DNA of 64,000 bases. It comes from Tubiluchus corallicola. Taxonomy: Eukaryota > Animalia > Priapulida. Both the position numbers and the translations under genes were made by a program. Position 1 is the first letter of the stretch. The number at the start of each line of letters is the position of its first letter. Location: positions 228,838-292,837 of the forward strand of contig JAQGDQ010002385.1 of the NCBI GenBank assembly GCA_030141605.1, written 5' to 3'. Shown here one piece after another: positions 28,606 through 38,727 of this stretch. Under the pieces are notes generated by a model that was given only the letters and a program-made list of their open reading frames with translations, searched no databases and was not told where the DNA came from.

Positions 28606-30384
28606 ATGCCTTTTCTTTCACAAAATATAAAATTTAGCGCTGTGCTTTTATGCTTTTCCGCCGCTTTCGCTATGCTATGGTTTATGGATGGAAAATCTAT
28701 AAACTTTAAATATCATACTATTCAGAACAACTCTGTAGCATCTCAGGATATTTTTTCAGATCATATCAATATATTCACACCCAATATAAGCGATTTCGCG
28801 CAAAAAAGTGCAATAGAGCGCCTTGAAGAAAATGCTCCTTTGCAAGGGAACATTGTAGAACGCTTTGGTAAAGAGACCAATGAAATATTACTGACTTCCG
28901 CTGTTGAGCTAACCTCCCTTATACAACCAGCAGAAAATTCTGTAGACGTGTATAAGGACACTCATGAAGCGCACCTTCTCTTTGAGGAGCAAGAGATCGA
29001 TATAACAGCGTTGCTCCATACTGCTGAAGACGAGCAGAAGTTCGCTCTTTCGCTTTTACAGTTCAATACAGAAGAAGATACTCATAAAAGAAATCTTCTT
29101 TTTCTGAAAGAAGCAGAGCGCGATATTGCCGCATTACTTCATGACGAAAATGAAGAGGAATTATTTTCGCCATCTCCGCAATTCAACACAGAGGCGGAAA
29201 TTCATAAAGGAGATACTCTTCTTAACATCTTGTTGAAAACAGGTGTCCCTTATCAAGAGTCTTTCCGATCCATTAAGGCTGTAGAAAATGTTTTCGATCC
29301 AAGACAACTAAAAGTCGGGCAAAAATTAACCATCCAGCTTGAAAACATAAACGAAACAACACACAATAACACTCAAGAAGACAAAATACGCCTGCTAGGC
29401 TACAATATTCCATTAAATTATGAAAAAGACCTCATTGTTTCCTATAACGATGAAAATAACGCCTACTCCGCTGAGATTGTCGCACGGGTCTTATCAAAAA
29501 AGTCACACCATAATGCTGTCCATATCGAAGACAGCTTCTTTTATGACGGAACAAAAAATAAAGTCCCCAACAGAATCCTCACAAAAATGATCCAAATATT
29601 CTCTTGGGATGTGGATTTTCAACGCGATATTCGCCAGGGTGACTCCTTTGAAGTTCTCTACCAATGTCTTTATAGCGATGATAGAATACCTGTACAGTGC
29701 GCCGATATTCTCTGGCTTTCTCTTGATACATCCGGAAGAACAAAAACATATTACCGCTTTGAGGACAGTAATGGCTTTATCGACTTTTTTGACGATAAAG
29801 GGATCAGCGCTCGAAAGCCTCTTTTGAAAACACCTATTGATGGCGCGCGGATTTCCTCCCACTTTGGCTTGCGTAAACATCCTATCCAAGGCTATACAAA
29901 GCTCCATAAAGGTGTCGATTTTGCCGCGCCAATAGGAACTCCTATTTTCTCTGCAGGAGATGGCATCATCGAAAGAATTGGAAAAAATGGCGGATATGGT
30001 CATTACATAAAAATTCGACATAATAATACATACTCAACAGCATACGCCCACCTGAACTCATACGCTCAAGGGATGAAAAAAGGAGGAAGAGTACGACAAG
30101 GTGATATCATTGGTTATGTCGGTTCAACAGGAGTTTCCACAGGCCCTCACCTTCATTATGAAATCATCAAAAATGGTAAACATGTTGATCCTATGAAGGT
30201 CGATCTACCAACTGGAAAAACACTTGCAGGAGAAGATTTCGCTCGGTTCCTGAAAGTCAAAAACAGTATCGACAAGCTTTATATAGCAGCGTCTTTACCA
30301 CAAACACAAGATGATAATGAGGTCTTTGCGCAAAATAGTGACACGCTATATGTTCAACAAACCTCTTCTCAAGAAAAAAACTAA
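28606..30384 (+). CDS. M23 family peptidoglycan DD-metalloendopeptidase (MepM-like)
   Basis: N-terminal TM, WDVDFQRDI, HKGVDF, YAHL and STGPHLHYE motifs. Confidence 0.93.
   Translation: MPFLSQNIKFSAVLLCFSAAFAMLWFMDGKSINFKYHTIQNNSVASQDIFSDHINIFTPNISDFAQKSAIERLEENAPLQGNIVERFGKETNEILLTSAVELTSLIQPAENSVDVYKDTHEAHLLFEEQEIDITALLHTAEDEQKFALSLLQFNTEEDTHKRNLLFLKEAERDIAALLHDENEEELFSPSPQFNTEAEIHKGDTLLNILLKTGVPYQESFRSIKAVENVFDPRQLKVGQKLTIQLENINETTHNNTQEDKIRLLGYNIPLNYEKDLIVSYNDENNAYSAEIVARVLSKKSHHNAVHIEDSFFYDGTKNKVPNRILTKMIQIFSWDVDFQRDIRQGDSFEVLYQCLYSDDRIPVQCADILWLSLDTSGRTKTYYRFEDSNGFIDFFDDKGISARKPLLKTPIDGARISSHFGLRKHPIQGYTKLHKGVDFAAPIGTPIFSAGDGIIERIGKNGGYGHYIKIRHNNTYSTAYAHLNSYAQGMKKGGRVRQGDIIGYVGSTGVSTGPHLHYEIIKNGKHVDPMKVDLPTGKTLAGEDFARFLKVKNSIDKLYIAASLPQTQDDNEVFAQNSDTLYVQQTSSQEKN
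28957..29196 (+). repeat. In-frame tandem duplication, 2 x 120 bp (40 aa), in the M23 peptidase stalk
   Basis: DTHEAHLLFEEQEIDITALLH...QFNTEE / DTHKRNLLFLKEAERDIAALLH...QFNTEA; a partial third copy starts at 29197 (EIHKGD). Confidence 0.85.
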
Positions 30385-30455
30385 AATATAAATAGGGAGT
30401 CAATTTTTCTTAATTATTGGCTCCCTCATCTATTTCCTTTTCTTTTATACCCAAC

Positions 30456-31265
30456 ATGAGCCAACAATTTACCCTAACAAGCTGGAATATAAATTCCCTA
30501 CGGAAAAGACTAGATCATCTTCATCGCTTCATAGAAATTTTCAACCCAGATGTTATATGCCTTCAAGAAACAAAAGTTTCTAATGAACAGTTTCCTTTAC
30601 TGGAAATCCATGCCATGAAATATCCTTGGGTCTATATAAACGGCATGAAACAATATAACGGTGTCGCCATTCTCTCGAAGTTCCCCGCCGTAACACAGCA
30701 GGTAATTCCCTGGTGCCAAAATAATGATAGCAGGCATATCGCTATTACACTCTTATTTTCTGGCTTTCCCATCACTATTCATAATTTTTATGTTCCTTCC
30801 GGCGGTGAGATACCCGATGTCAACCATAATCCAAAGTTCGCCCATAAAATCCAGTTCCTAACAGAAGTAAAAGCATGGGCTCAAACAATACAAAAAACTC
30901 CTTCTCTCTTTTGTGGAGATTTCAATGTCGCTCCACTAAAAACAGACGTCTGGTCCCATACACACCTTCGTAACACCATAACGCATACTCCTGTCGAGAG
31001 AACTCTTCTGGGTGATATTATGGAAGCAGGGCAATGGAATGATGCAGTACGACAAAAATATCCTCCTTCCCACCCTCTTTTCAGCTGGTGGAGCTATCGC
31101 TCAAAAGACTGGAAAATAAATAATCGAGGTAGACGGCTCGATCATATCTTTGCCTCTAAATCCTTCTCCTACTCTCTGAAAAATATCACATTCTTTCAAG
31201 ACGCTCGTAACTGGCCCTCTCCTTCAGATCACATTCCCATCAGCGCAACTTTTACCTTTCCATGA
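30456..31265 (+). CDS. xth: Exodeoxyribonuclease III
   Basis: SWNINS, CLQETK, NGVAILS, GDFNVAP, WWSYR, RLDHI and SDHIP motifs. ATG 30456 preferred as start. Confidence 0.95.
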   Translation: MSQQFTLTSWNINSLRKRLDHLHRFIEIFNPDVICLQETKVSNEQFPLLEIHAMKYPWVYINGMKQYNGVAILSKFPAVTQQVIPWCQNNDSRHIAITLLFSGFPITIHNFYVPSGGEIPDVNHNPKFAHKIQFLTEVKAWAQTIQKTPSLFCGDFNVAPLKTDVWSHTHLRNTITHTPVERTLLGDIMEAGQWNDAVRQKYPPSHPLFSWWSYRSKDWKINNRGRRLDHIFASKSFSYSLKNITFFQDARNWPSPSDHIPISATFTFP

Positions 31266-31364
31266 TTCCTTTTCTTTAAAATTCCACTGGTGCTCTCTAA
31301 AAGTTTTCTATATAATCCGTAGCTACGGACAACTCATTCAATGCCCTAAAGTTCTGGAAAAACA

Positions 31365-31964
31365 ATGTGGAATATACCAAATATACTGACCGTGCTACGG
31401 ATTGTAATCATTCCTCTGATCGTTATCGTTTGCTTTCTTCCTATTTCAGCCAGTAGCTGGATTGCCCTCGCTCTCTATACATTTGCCTGCATTACCGACT
31501 TCTTTGACGGCTGGATTGCTCGTAATTACAATCTCGTTTCTGCGTTTGGACGATTCTTAGATCCTGTCGCTGATAAAATTCTGGTCGCCGCCATTATTCT
31601 TACTCTCATTGCTCGTGAGCACATCACAGGCATTCTGATTCTACCAGCCGCAATCATTCTCTGTCGAGAAATCATTGTCTCCGGATTAAGAGAATTTCTC
31701 GCTGAGTTTAAAGTTGGCGTCCCTGTCAGTAAAGTTGGAAAATGGAAAACAACCCTCCAAATGATCGCCATCGGGATTCTCATCGTCAGCGATATAGGAA
31801 TAGCGCTAGGCCCAATTTCAATAGCGTTAATCGGTGAGATCACTCTCTGGATTGCTGCCATACTAACTCTCTGGAGCGGGTATGATTATCTCCTCTCAGG
31901 TATGAGATATATCATACAAAAAGACCAGCAACTTCAATCGGACAACACTCCTCCCAGCGGCTAG
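31365..31964 (+). CDS. pgsA: CDP-diacylglycerol--glycerol-3-phosphate 3-phosphatidyltransferase
   Basis: NIPNILT, TDFFDGWIAR, FGRFLDPVADK, REIIVSGLRE and KWKT motifs. Confidence 0.96.
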   Translation: MWNIPNILTVLRIVIIPLIVIVCFLPISASSWIALALYTFACITDFFDGWIARNYNLVSAFGRFLDPVADKILVAAIILTLIAREHITGILILPAAIILCREIIVSGLREFLAEFKVGVPVSKVGKWKTTLQMIAIGILIVSDIGIALGPISIALIGEITLWIAAILTLWSGYDYLLSGMRYIIQKDQQLQSDNTPPSG

Positions 31965-31987
31965 AGCTATTTCTAAAAGGGTTAAAC

Positions 31988-32809
31988 ATGACTGAAAAAA
32001 AACTACCCCACGATATACCAACAGCTTACGAAGATATCGATTTTATTAAAAGCCATGATGGCCGAGGAATACGTATCTTCTCAGAATTTCTTGAGCCACA
32101 AAGCCGACTTGAAAGGCTAAAAATCAGCGATACAATCGTCTTTTTCGGATCAGCAAGGCTTCTCTCTCGGGAGAATGCTGAAAAACAACTGAAAAAAGCA
32201 ATCGAAAATCAGCAAGGGATCCAACAGGCAGAGAATGACTTAAAAATGTCTCAATATTATGAAGACGCTAAAGAGCTCGCGAAAAAAATAACACTATGGT
32301 CCAAAAATATGGAAAAAAACAGAGCGCGCTTTGTCGTCTGCACAGGGGGAGGGCCCGGTATTATGGAAGCTGCGAATAAAGGCGCTTCAGAAGCTAAAGG
32401 CCTCAATATCGGATTCAATATCTCTCTTCCTTTCGAACAAGGAAGCAATCCATGGATTACAAGCAGTTTGCTGTTTAAATTTCACTATTTTTTCATGCGG
32501 AAATTCTGGTTCTCCTACCTTGCTAAGGCCGCTGTCTTTTTTCCTGGGGGATTTGGAACATTTGATGAGCTTTTTGAAATTCTGACTCTGATACAAACAA
32601 AAAAAATGCACAAAAAGCTCCCTATCGTCCTTTTGGGAACAGAGTTCTGGAAAGAAGCTGTTAACTTCAAATACCTGCTTAGCAATAATCTTATCAGCCC
32701 CGAAGACTTGGAGCTTATGCTCATAACAGACTCTGTCGATGAGGCTTTTAATTACCTCTCTCAGGAGCTTACAGATTATGCTTTGAAAAAACCCGGAAAT
32801 TATCTTTAA
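31988..32809 (+). CDS. LOG family (Rossmann-fold) nucleotide phosphoribohydrolase
   Basis: FFGSAR, TGGGPGIMEAAN, FHYFFMRK and PGGFGTFDE motifs. Confidence 0.92.
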   Translation: MTEKKLPHDIPTAYEDIDFIKSHDGRGIRIFSEFLEPQSRLERLKISDTIVFFGSARLLSRENAEKQLKKAIENQQGIQQAENDLKMSQYYEDAKELAKKITLWSKNMEKNRARFVVCTGGGPGIMEAANKGASEAKGLNIGFNISLPFEQGSNPWITSSLLFKFHYFFMRKFWFSYLAKAAVFFPGGFGTFDELFEILTLIQTKKMHKKLPIVLLGTEFWKEAVNFKYLLSNNLISPEDLELMLITDSVDEAFNYLSQELTDYALKKPGNYL

Positions 32810-32844
32810 AATAGTGTTTTTAAAAAACGATACCGTTCGAACAA

Positions 32845-34356
32845 TCAACGCATGTATCGTTGCTTGTAGGAAACAGCCTCAGCAACATGGCTTTTATTAA
32901 TCGTTTTATTTTGCTGAAGATCCGCAAGCGTCCTAGCAACCCTGATTGTCCGGTACCAGCTTCGCGCAGAAAATCGCATTTTTTCCGCGACATTATGAAG
33001 AAGCTGCTTTGCTCTCCCTTCCAGTAAGGCTGTTTTTTCAATTATCTCGTTACTGGCCTGCGCGTTTGTCTCAATATCAAAAGCTCTATATCGCTTCTTT
33101 TGTAAATTTCGCGCGTCCTGAACGCGCTTCATCACATTAGCGCTACTCTCTCCTTCATCCATACTGAAAAGCTCCTGCGGCAATACAGCCGCGACATCAA
33201 GATGAAGATCAATCCTATCTAATAAAGGACCTGAGATTTTTGCCTGATAATTAACAGCGCATTTGGGCGCTTGAGAACACGCTCTGCCAGGATCATCAAG
33301 ATATCCGCAACGGCACGGATTCATAGCCGCGACAAGCTGTATGCGCGCTGGGTAAGTCACATGGTAATTCGCTCTGGAAATCGTAATATGATTCATCTCA
33401 AGAGGCTGCCTAAGAGATTCAAGGGCCGCCCGTTGAAATTCCGGCATTTCATCAAGAAAAAGCACGCCATTATGCGCTAGAGAAATTTCACCAGGCTTTG
33501 GCTTGTTTCCGCCTCCCACAATAGAAACCATAGAAGCAGAATGATGAGGAGAACGAAATGGTCTTTGCTGTACAATCCCTTTCTCTTCAAGAATCCCCGC
33601 AAAGCTATGGACCATACTGGTTTCAAGAATCTCTTGTGCCGACAGTTCAGGTAAAATAGAAGGAAGGCAGGAAGCAAGAAGAGACTTTCCGGCGCCTGGT
33701 GGGCCCGACATCAAAAGATGGTGCCCTCCGGAAGCCGCGATTTCAAGCGCTCGCCTCGCATGTTGCTGCCCTTTAATTTCTTTGAGATCCACGCTGTATT
33801 TTTTCTTTACCAGCTTCTTTGGCACTGGTCTAAAAAAAGGCAGAGGCGACTTTCCCAAAAAATGATCAACCAGTTCAATAACATCATTAGGTGTTAAAAT
33901 AGGAATCTGAGGAACCCAACCCGCCTCATTCGCTTGCTCTTTAGGGCAAACAAGACCATAGCCACTTGCTTTTGCATGGATGGATGTTGGAAGAATACCG
34001 CTAACAGGGCTAATCCTGCCATCAAGAGAAAGCTCTCCCATCAAGATATAATTATCAAGATTCTCCTGCGGAATAATGCCCATAACTGCCAATATCCCGA
34101 CAATAACAGGCAGATCAAAATGACTCCCCTCCTTTTGAAGATCAGCAGGTGAAAGATTAACCGTAATTCGCTTGCTAGGAAGAGCAAGCCCTATAGCAGA
34201 AAGAGCGGAGCGGATTCTCTCTCGACTCTCCGCAACGGTCTTATCAGGAAGACCAACAATAGTAAAGGCAGGAAGACCAGAAGCCATATGCGTCTGAACA
34301 TCAACATCCTTTACGTTAATACCATGAAAAGAAACAGTTTTAACATATGCAACCAT
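32845..34356 (-). CDS. comM: YifB/ComM Mg-chelatase-like AAA+ ATPase (competence helicase)
   Basis: IVGLPDKTVAESRER, KEGSHFDL, GPPGAGKS, RSPHH, LFLDE, AMNPCRCG and SGPLLDRID motifs. Confidence 0.95.
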   Translation of the reverse strand: MVAYVKTVSFHGINVKDVDVQTHMASGLPAFTIVGLPDKTVAESRERIRSALSAIGLALPSKRITVNLSPADLQKEGSHFDLPVIVGILAVMGIIPQENLDNYILMGELSLDGRISPVSGILPTSIHAKASGYGLVCPKEQANEAGWVPQIPILTPNDVIELVDHFLGKSPLPFFRPVPKKLVKKKYSVDLKEIKGQQHARRALEIAASGGHHLLMSGPPGAGKSLLASCLPSILPELSAQEILETSMVHSFAGILEEKGIVQQRPFRSPHHSASMVSIVGGGNKPKPGEISLAHNGVLFLDEMPEFQRAALESLRQPLEMNHITISRANYHVTYPARIQLVAAMNPCRCGYLDDPGRACSQAPKCAVNYQAKISGPLLDRIDLHLDVAAVLPQELFSMDEGESSANVMKRVQDARNLQKKRYRAFDIETNAQASNEIIEKTALLEGRAKQLLHNVAEKMRFSARSWYRTIRVARTLADLQQNKTINKSHVAEAVSYKQRYMR

Positions 34357-34442
34357 TCGCATCCCTATATCTATATTATTTTATACTTTTATACCATTTT
34401 TAAAAGCAATATAGTATATATTTTTATATCTGAGAAAAACTT

Positions 34443-35204
34443 TTACACTTTTTTACCAGACCCATGGCCACAAAAATTTACAGCGTACAAAATATGCCAG
34501 GTAGCACAACTATTATACTCTTCCTCAAAAATATGGCACGCTTCCTTAAAAGCAGATACCGAAAGAGAATCATGTATAAAACGAGGAGAATGCGCTCCTG
34601 TTCTCCGAAACATTCTTATAAAATCAAGACCATTTTTATAACGAACAGAAAAACGGCTCTCTCCTACCAAACCAGGGGTTGATTCAATAGCATGAATACC
34701 GTTTCCTAATCCCAGGCGCGCTAAAATATCTCGCCATTCACAAAAGCAATCCTTTCCTGGAACAGAAAATAAAAGGCGACCATTTTGCTTCAAAAAGCAA
34801 CATAGACGCTCGAGCGATAACGGAAAATTCTCAAACCACTGCATAGCCATAGATGCTACAATTAAATCAAACTTTCCTTCAATATCCGGAAATTCCCCAT
34901 CCATAACACGAAAAGAAGTAGAGCCACTCCTTCTTGGTATAGCACCGCCATATCGCTCACGGCAATAAGCAACCATCAAAGGCGATAAATCACTGATCGT
35001 TAAAAAACTATCCTGATAAATCGATAATAAATAACGCGTAAAAAACCCTGTTCCGCAACCAATCTCCAAAATATCAGACCCAGGTGGCAAAACAGGAAGA
35101 TACGACGATAAATGGCGTGACGATAAACGCTGCGCATCCCCATACGACTCATACGAAGAAGCCGCGCGATCAAAAGAATTTATGATTTTTTCTTTATTAT
35201 ACAA
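34443..35204 (-). CDS. SAM-dependent methyltransferase, BioC-like
   Basis: SFDRAASSY..QR, ILEIGCGTG, DLIVASMAMQW and EW motifs typical of BioC. TTG start; no other bio genes adjacent. Confidence 0.8.
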   Translation of the reverse strand: MYNKEKIINSFDRAASSYESYGDAQRLSSRHLSSYLPVLPPGSDILEIGCGTGFFTRYLLSIYQDSFLTISDLSPLMVAYCRERYGGAIPRRSGSTSFRVMDGEFPDIEGKFDLIVASMAMQWFENFPLSLERLCCFLKQNGRLLFSVPGKDCFCEWRDILARLGLGNGIHAIESTPGLVGESRFSVRYKNGLDFIRMFRRTGAHSPRFIHDSLSVSAFKEACHIFEEEYNSCATWHILYAVNFCGHGSGKKV

Positions 35205-35310
35205 GAAAACATTCCTCTATTTTCTTATTAACAGTAGCAAAATTATCACCGTATATATACACTATAATGAATAGTAACTGGTACAAAACCATAGCGATAG
35301 AGGCAAAAAT

Positions 35311-35799
35311 ATGGCAGAAAAATTTAAACGACCCTCTTGGGACAATTATTTTATACAACTGATCGACACAATCTCAGCGCGCGCGACATGCGATCGAGGA
35401 AGAAGTGGATGCGTAATTGTTCGGGACAAAAGAATCATCGCGACAGGTTATGTCGGCTCTCCTCCAGGGCTCCCTCATTGTGACGATGTTGGCCATCTCA
35501 TGAAAAAAGTCATTGATGAGAATGACCAGATAAAACAACATTGCATGCGGACAATACATGCCGAGCAAAACGCCATCTGCCAGGCGGCAAGATATGGAAT
35601 CTCCCTTGAGAACTCAACTCTTTATTGTACAATGGAGCCTTGCAGAACATGCGCCATGCTTATTGTTACTGTCGGCATCACAAAAGTTGTCGCAAAACAG
35701 CAGTATCACGCCGCGCAAGAAACACGCGAAATGTTCCAGCAAGCCAACATACCCTTAAAAATCATTGAGAATTCAACTTTACACTATACAAACCAATAA
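35311..35799 (+). CDS. dCMP deaminase / ComEB family zinc deaminase
   Basis: RPSWDNYF, RATCDR, HAEQNA and PCRTC motifs. Confidence 0.92.
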   Translation: MAEKFKRPSWDNYFIQLIDTISARATCDRGRSGCVIVRDKRIIATGYVGSPPGLPHCDDVGHLMKKVIDENDQIKQHCMRTIHAEQNAICQAARYGISLENSTLYCTMEPCRTCAMLIVTVGITKVVAKQQYHAAQETREMFQQANIPLKIIENSTLHYTNQ

Positions 35800-36066
35800 A
35801 AAATTATAGAAACATCCCCTTGATCTCATCGTATTTTTTTATTTTCTTGAAATTTAAAAATAACATAGTAATATTTTAAAGCCTCCCTTAAGGAAAATAT
35901 CACCCAAAGGCTTGCTATAACGCATCCTTTTATATACTATACCCCTAAGGGAAAAATTGCCGTTTAAAAAACTTCTCTTGACCCTAGGTGAAGAATTTTT
36001 TAAACAGTAAATCTTTAAGTTTTATTTTTTAGGGTTTTTATGAACAAACAAAGGGAGTAATGCAAA

Positions 36067-36201
36067 GTGAAGCGTACATACCAACCAAGCCGACTTGTTC
36101 GGAAGCGTCGGCACGGGTTTAGAACGAGAATGGCGACAGCTGCTGGTCGTAGAGTCATTAGAACACGGCGTTCCAAAGGTAGAAAAAACCTCAGCGCGTA
36201 A
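36067..36201 (+). CDS. rpmH: 50S ribosomal protein L34
   Basis: Not in the ORF track. GTG start; [44 protein letters not shown]; AAGGGAG SD. Confidence 0.98.
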   Translation: MKRTYQPSRLVRKRRHGFRTRMATAAGRRVIRTRRSKGRKNLSA

Positions 36202-36265
36202 ACTCAATGATATTTTCCATGGAAAAGCATTTATCTTGAACAACAGCGCTTAAAACAGCCACTTT

Positions 36266-36685
36266 ATGACTTTAACCCATCTGAAAAAAAGAAAAGATTT
36301 TTTGCGAATCGCTCGTATAGGAGAAAAGTTCGTTACGAAATCTTTTGTGCTGCAAGCTTTAAAACATGAAAAGATAACCCATACAATACCAATGGAAAAT
36401 TCCTGGCGCATTGGATTCACAGCCAGCAAAAAAAACGGAAACGCTGTAAAACGAAACCGTATCAAAAGGCGTCTTAAAGCTGCTGTAACCAATATATTCC
36501 CACACTGTGCGTATCCAGGATACGATTATGTTCTTATTGCCAGACCATCCTCCCTTCATTACCCTTGGGAAATCCTCTGTAAAGATCTTCAATATGCTTT
36601 GAAAAAAATACAGACAATCAATACAAAAACGTCACAACAAAACACGCTAAACAGTTCAAAAAATCATGGTAGAAACCACAAGTAA
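36266..36685 (+). CDS. rnpA: Ribonuclease P protein component
   Basis: LKKRKDF, RIGFTASKK.GNAVKRNRIKRRL and DYVLIAR motifs. Confidence 0.96.
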   Translation: MTLTHLKKRKDFLRIARIGEKFVTKSFVLQALKHEKITHTIPMENSWRIGFTASKKNGNAVKRNRIKRRLKAAVTNIFPHCAYPGYDYVLIARPSSLHYPWEILCKDLQYALKKIQTINTKTSQQNTLNSSKNHGRNHK

Positions 36686-36995
36686 AACACACATATATAA
36701 CGTTATAAAAACAATATTTCGCGCTATCGCACCCGCAAAAATAGCCTGCGGTCTCATTCGGCTATATCAGCTCTGCGTCTCTCCCTTTTTTCCTGGATGC
36801 TGCCGATTTATACCATCATGTTCCACCTACGCAATAACAGCTCTAAAACAACACGGATTTTTAAAAGGAAGCGCTCTTACTATCAAGCGACTTCTGAAAT
36901 GCCATCCCTGGAACGAGGGTAACTTCGATCCGGTTCCTCCTCCCTCTACAGAAAAAGTAACGCCCTTAATTCCTAGGAAATGCTGCCATGAATGA
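36666..36995 (+). CDS. yidD: Membrane protein insertion efficiency factor
   Basis: YQLCVSP..CRFIPSCSTYA..RLLKCHPW..DPVP. Confidence 0.95.
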   Translation: MVETTSKTHIYNVIKTIFRAIAPAKIACGLIRLYQLCVSPFFPGCCRFIPSCSTYAITALKQHGFLKGSALTIKRLLKCHPWNEGNFDPVPPPSTEKVTPLIPRKCCHE

Positions 36996-38724
36996 TCTTG
37001 ATATTCGTAATCTCATCCTCGCTGTTCTCTGTTCGACGCTTATTCTTGTCGTATGGCAATCCTATTTTGCTCCTCCTATCATTGATCCACAACAAGAGCA
37101 AGGTAGTACTCAGACGCCTTCCACAACACAAATACCCAAAAATCTCTCCACCGATAATATTCCTCTTTCTCAGAGAAGTGCAGAATTTCAAGATCGAGAA
37201 ATTATTCTGACAGACCAGTCCGTACGGATTCCCATCGTAACAGAGCGAATCAGTGGCACAATATCTCTTAAAGGAGGACGTATTGACGATATCAGCCTTC
37301 TCAATTATAAAGAGACAATTGAGGAAAACAGCGATGTTATTCATCTCTTTAAACCCAAAGGAACCGTAGACGCTTGGTATTATGATACAGGATGGACCGC
37401 TCACGAAAATACGACAGCTCTCCCTAATGATGAAACTCTCTGGGCGACAAATAGCCAGAAATTAACACCAAACTCACCTGTTGTTCTTACATGGGAGAAC
37501 GAGGACGGGTTGCGCTTTATACGCACTATCTCTGTCGACGAAAATTTCATGTTCTCTATTTTTGACACCATCGAAAATACAACACAAAATGCCATGATTT
37601 TCTATCCATGGGGAAGAGTTACACGACAATTGCCACAGAATATTACCGGATTTTATATCCTTCACGAAGGTCCTGTTGGTATTCTCGGTGAAAAGCTTGA
37701 GGAATTCGATTATAAAGATATACAGAAAAAGAAAAATATCACCTTCGATACAGCGAACGGATGGCTTGGGTTTACTGATAAATACTGGCTTGGCGTTACG
37801 ATTCCACCGGAAGATATGCATATTAACGCGCGTTTTCTTCACACGCTCCATCAAGGCATTAACCGATATCAAGCTGACTGGATCGGCTCTCCGCATATAT
37901 TGGAAAGCAACAATTCTATAACTGTCAGCTCCTCTCTTTTCGCCGGCGCGAAAGAAGTTACCCTGCTTGATATATACGGAGAAGAGCGTAATATTCCAAA
38001 ATTCGACCGTGCTATTGATTTCGGATGGTTTTATTTCCTCACAAGACCTCTCTTCTATCTTATAAGCTGGATTAACAGCATGGTGCAGAATTTTGGTATC
38101 TCTATTCTTATTCTGACCGTTATCGTAAAAGCGCTGCTCTTTCCTCTTGCCAACAAATCATACAAATCCATGAGCAGAATGAAAGATCTTCAGCCCAAAA
38201 TGACCGAGCTGCGTGAACAGTACGGAAACGACAAACAAAAATTCAACCAGGAAGTCATGAATCTTTATAAACGCGAGAAAGTCAATCCGGCCGCTGGTTG
38301 CCTCCCTATACTTATACAAATTCCTATTTTCTTTGCCCTCTATAAAGTTCTCTTTGTTAGTATCGAAATGAGGCACGCTCCCTTTTTTGGGTGGGTTCAG
38401 GATCTTTCCGCACCCGATCCAACAAACCTCTTTACACTCTTTGGTCTGCTTAACTGGAATCCGCCCGCGTTTCTCATGATCGGCATATGGCCTATTATTA
38501 TGGGATTTTCCATGTTCCTTCAGCAGAAAATGAACCCCCAACCCACCGATCCAGCACAAGCACGGATCTTCGCTATTCTCCCTATTCTCTTTACTTTCAT
38601 GCTCGCAAGCTTTCCAGCTGGGCTTGTCATATATTGGTCATGGAGCAATATACTCTCTATCATCCAACAATATTTCATCATGAGGTCTGCGAGAAAAGCG
38701 CGCGCAAAAGAAAATACACCATAG
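36988..38724 (+). CDS. yidC: Membrane protein insertase YidC
   Basis: ILHEG, DKYW, IDFGWF, GCLPILIQIPIFFALY and GLVIYW motifs. Confidence 0.98.
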   Translation: MNDLDIRNLILAVLCSTLILVVWQSYFAPPIIDPQQEQGSTQTPSTTQIPKNLSTDNIPLSQRSAEFQDREIILTDQSVRIPIVTERISGTISLKGGRIDDISLLNYKETIEENSDVIHLFKPKGTVDAWYYDTGWTAHENTTALPNDETLWATNSQKLTPNSPVVLTWENEDGLRFIRTISVDENFMFSIFDTIENTTQNAMIFYPWGRVTRQLPQNITGFYILHEGPVGILGEKLEEFDYKDIQKKKNITFDTANGWLGFTDKYWLGVTIPPEDMHINARFLHTLHQGINRYQADWIGSPHILESNNSITVSSSLFAGAKEVTLLDIYGEERNIPKFDRAIDFGWFYFLTRPLFYLISWINSMVQNFGISILILTVIVKALLFPLANKSYKSMSRMKDLQPKMTELREQYGNDKQKFNQEVMNLYKREKVNPAAGCLPILIQIPIFFALYKVLFVSIEMRHAPFFGWVQDLSAPDPTNLFTLFGLLNWNPPAFLMIGIWPIIMGFSMFLQQKMNPQPTDPAQARIFAILPILFTFMLASFPAGLVIYWSWSNILSIIQQYFIMRSARKARAKENTP

Positions 38725-38727
38725 ACT

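Noticed and set aside
35800-36066. Possible oriC upstream of rpmH
   Set aside because: No dnaA, no cluster of TTATCCACA boxes and no skew inversion; alphaproteobacterial origins are usually elsewhere.
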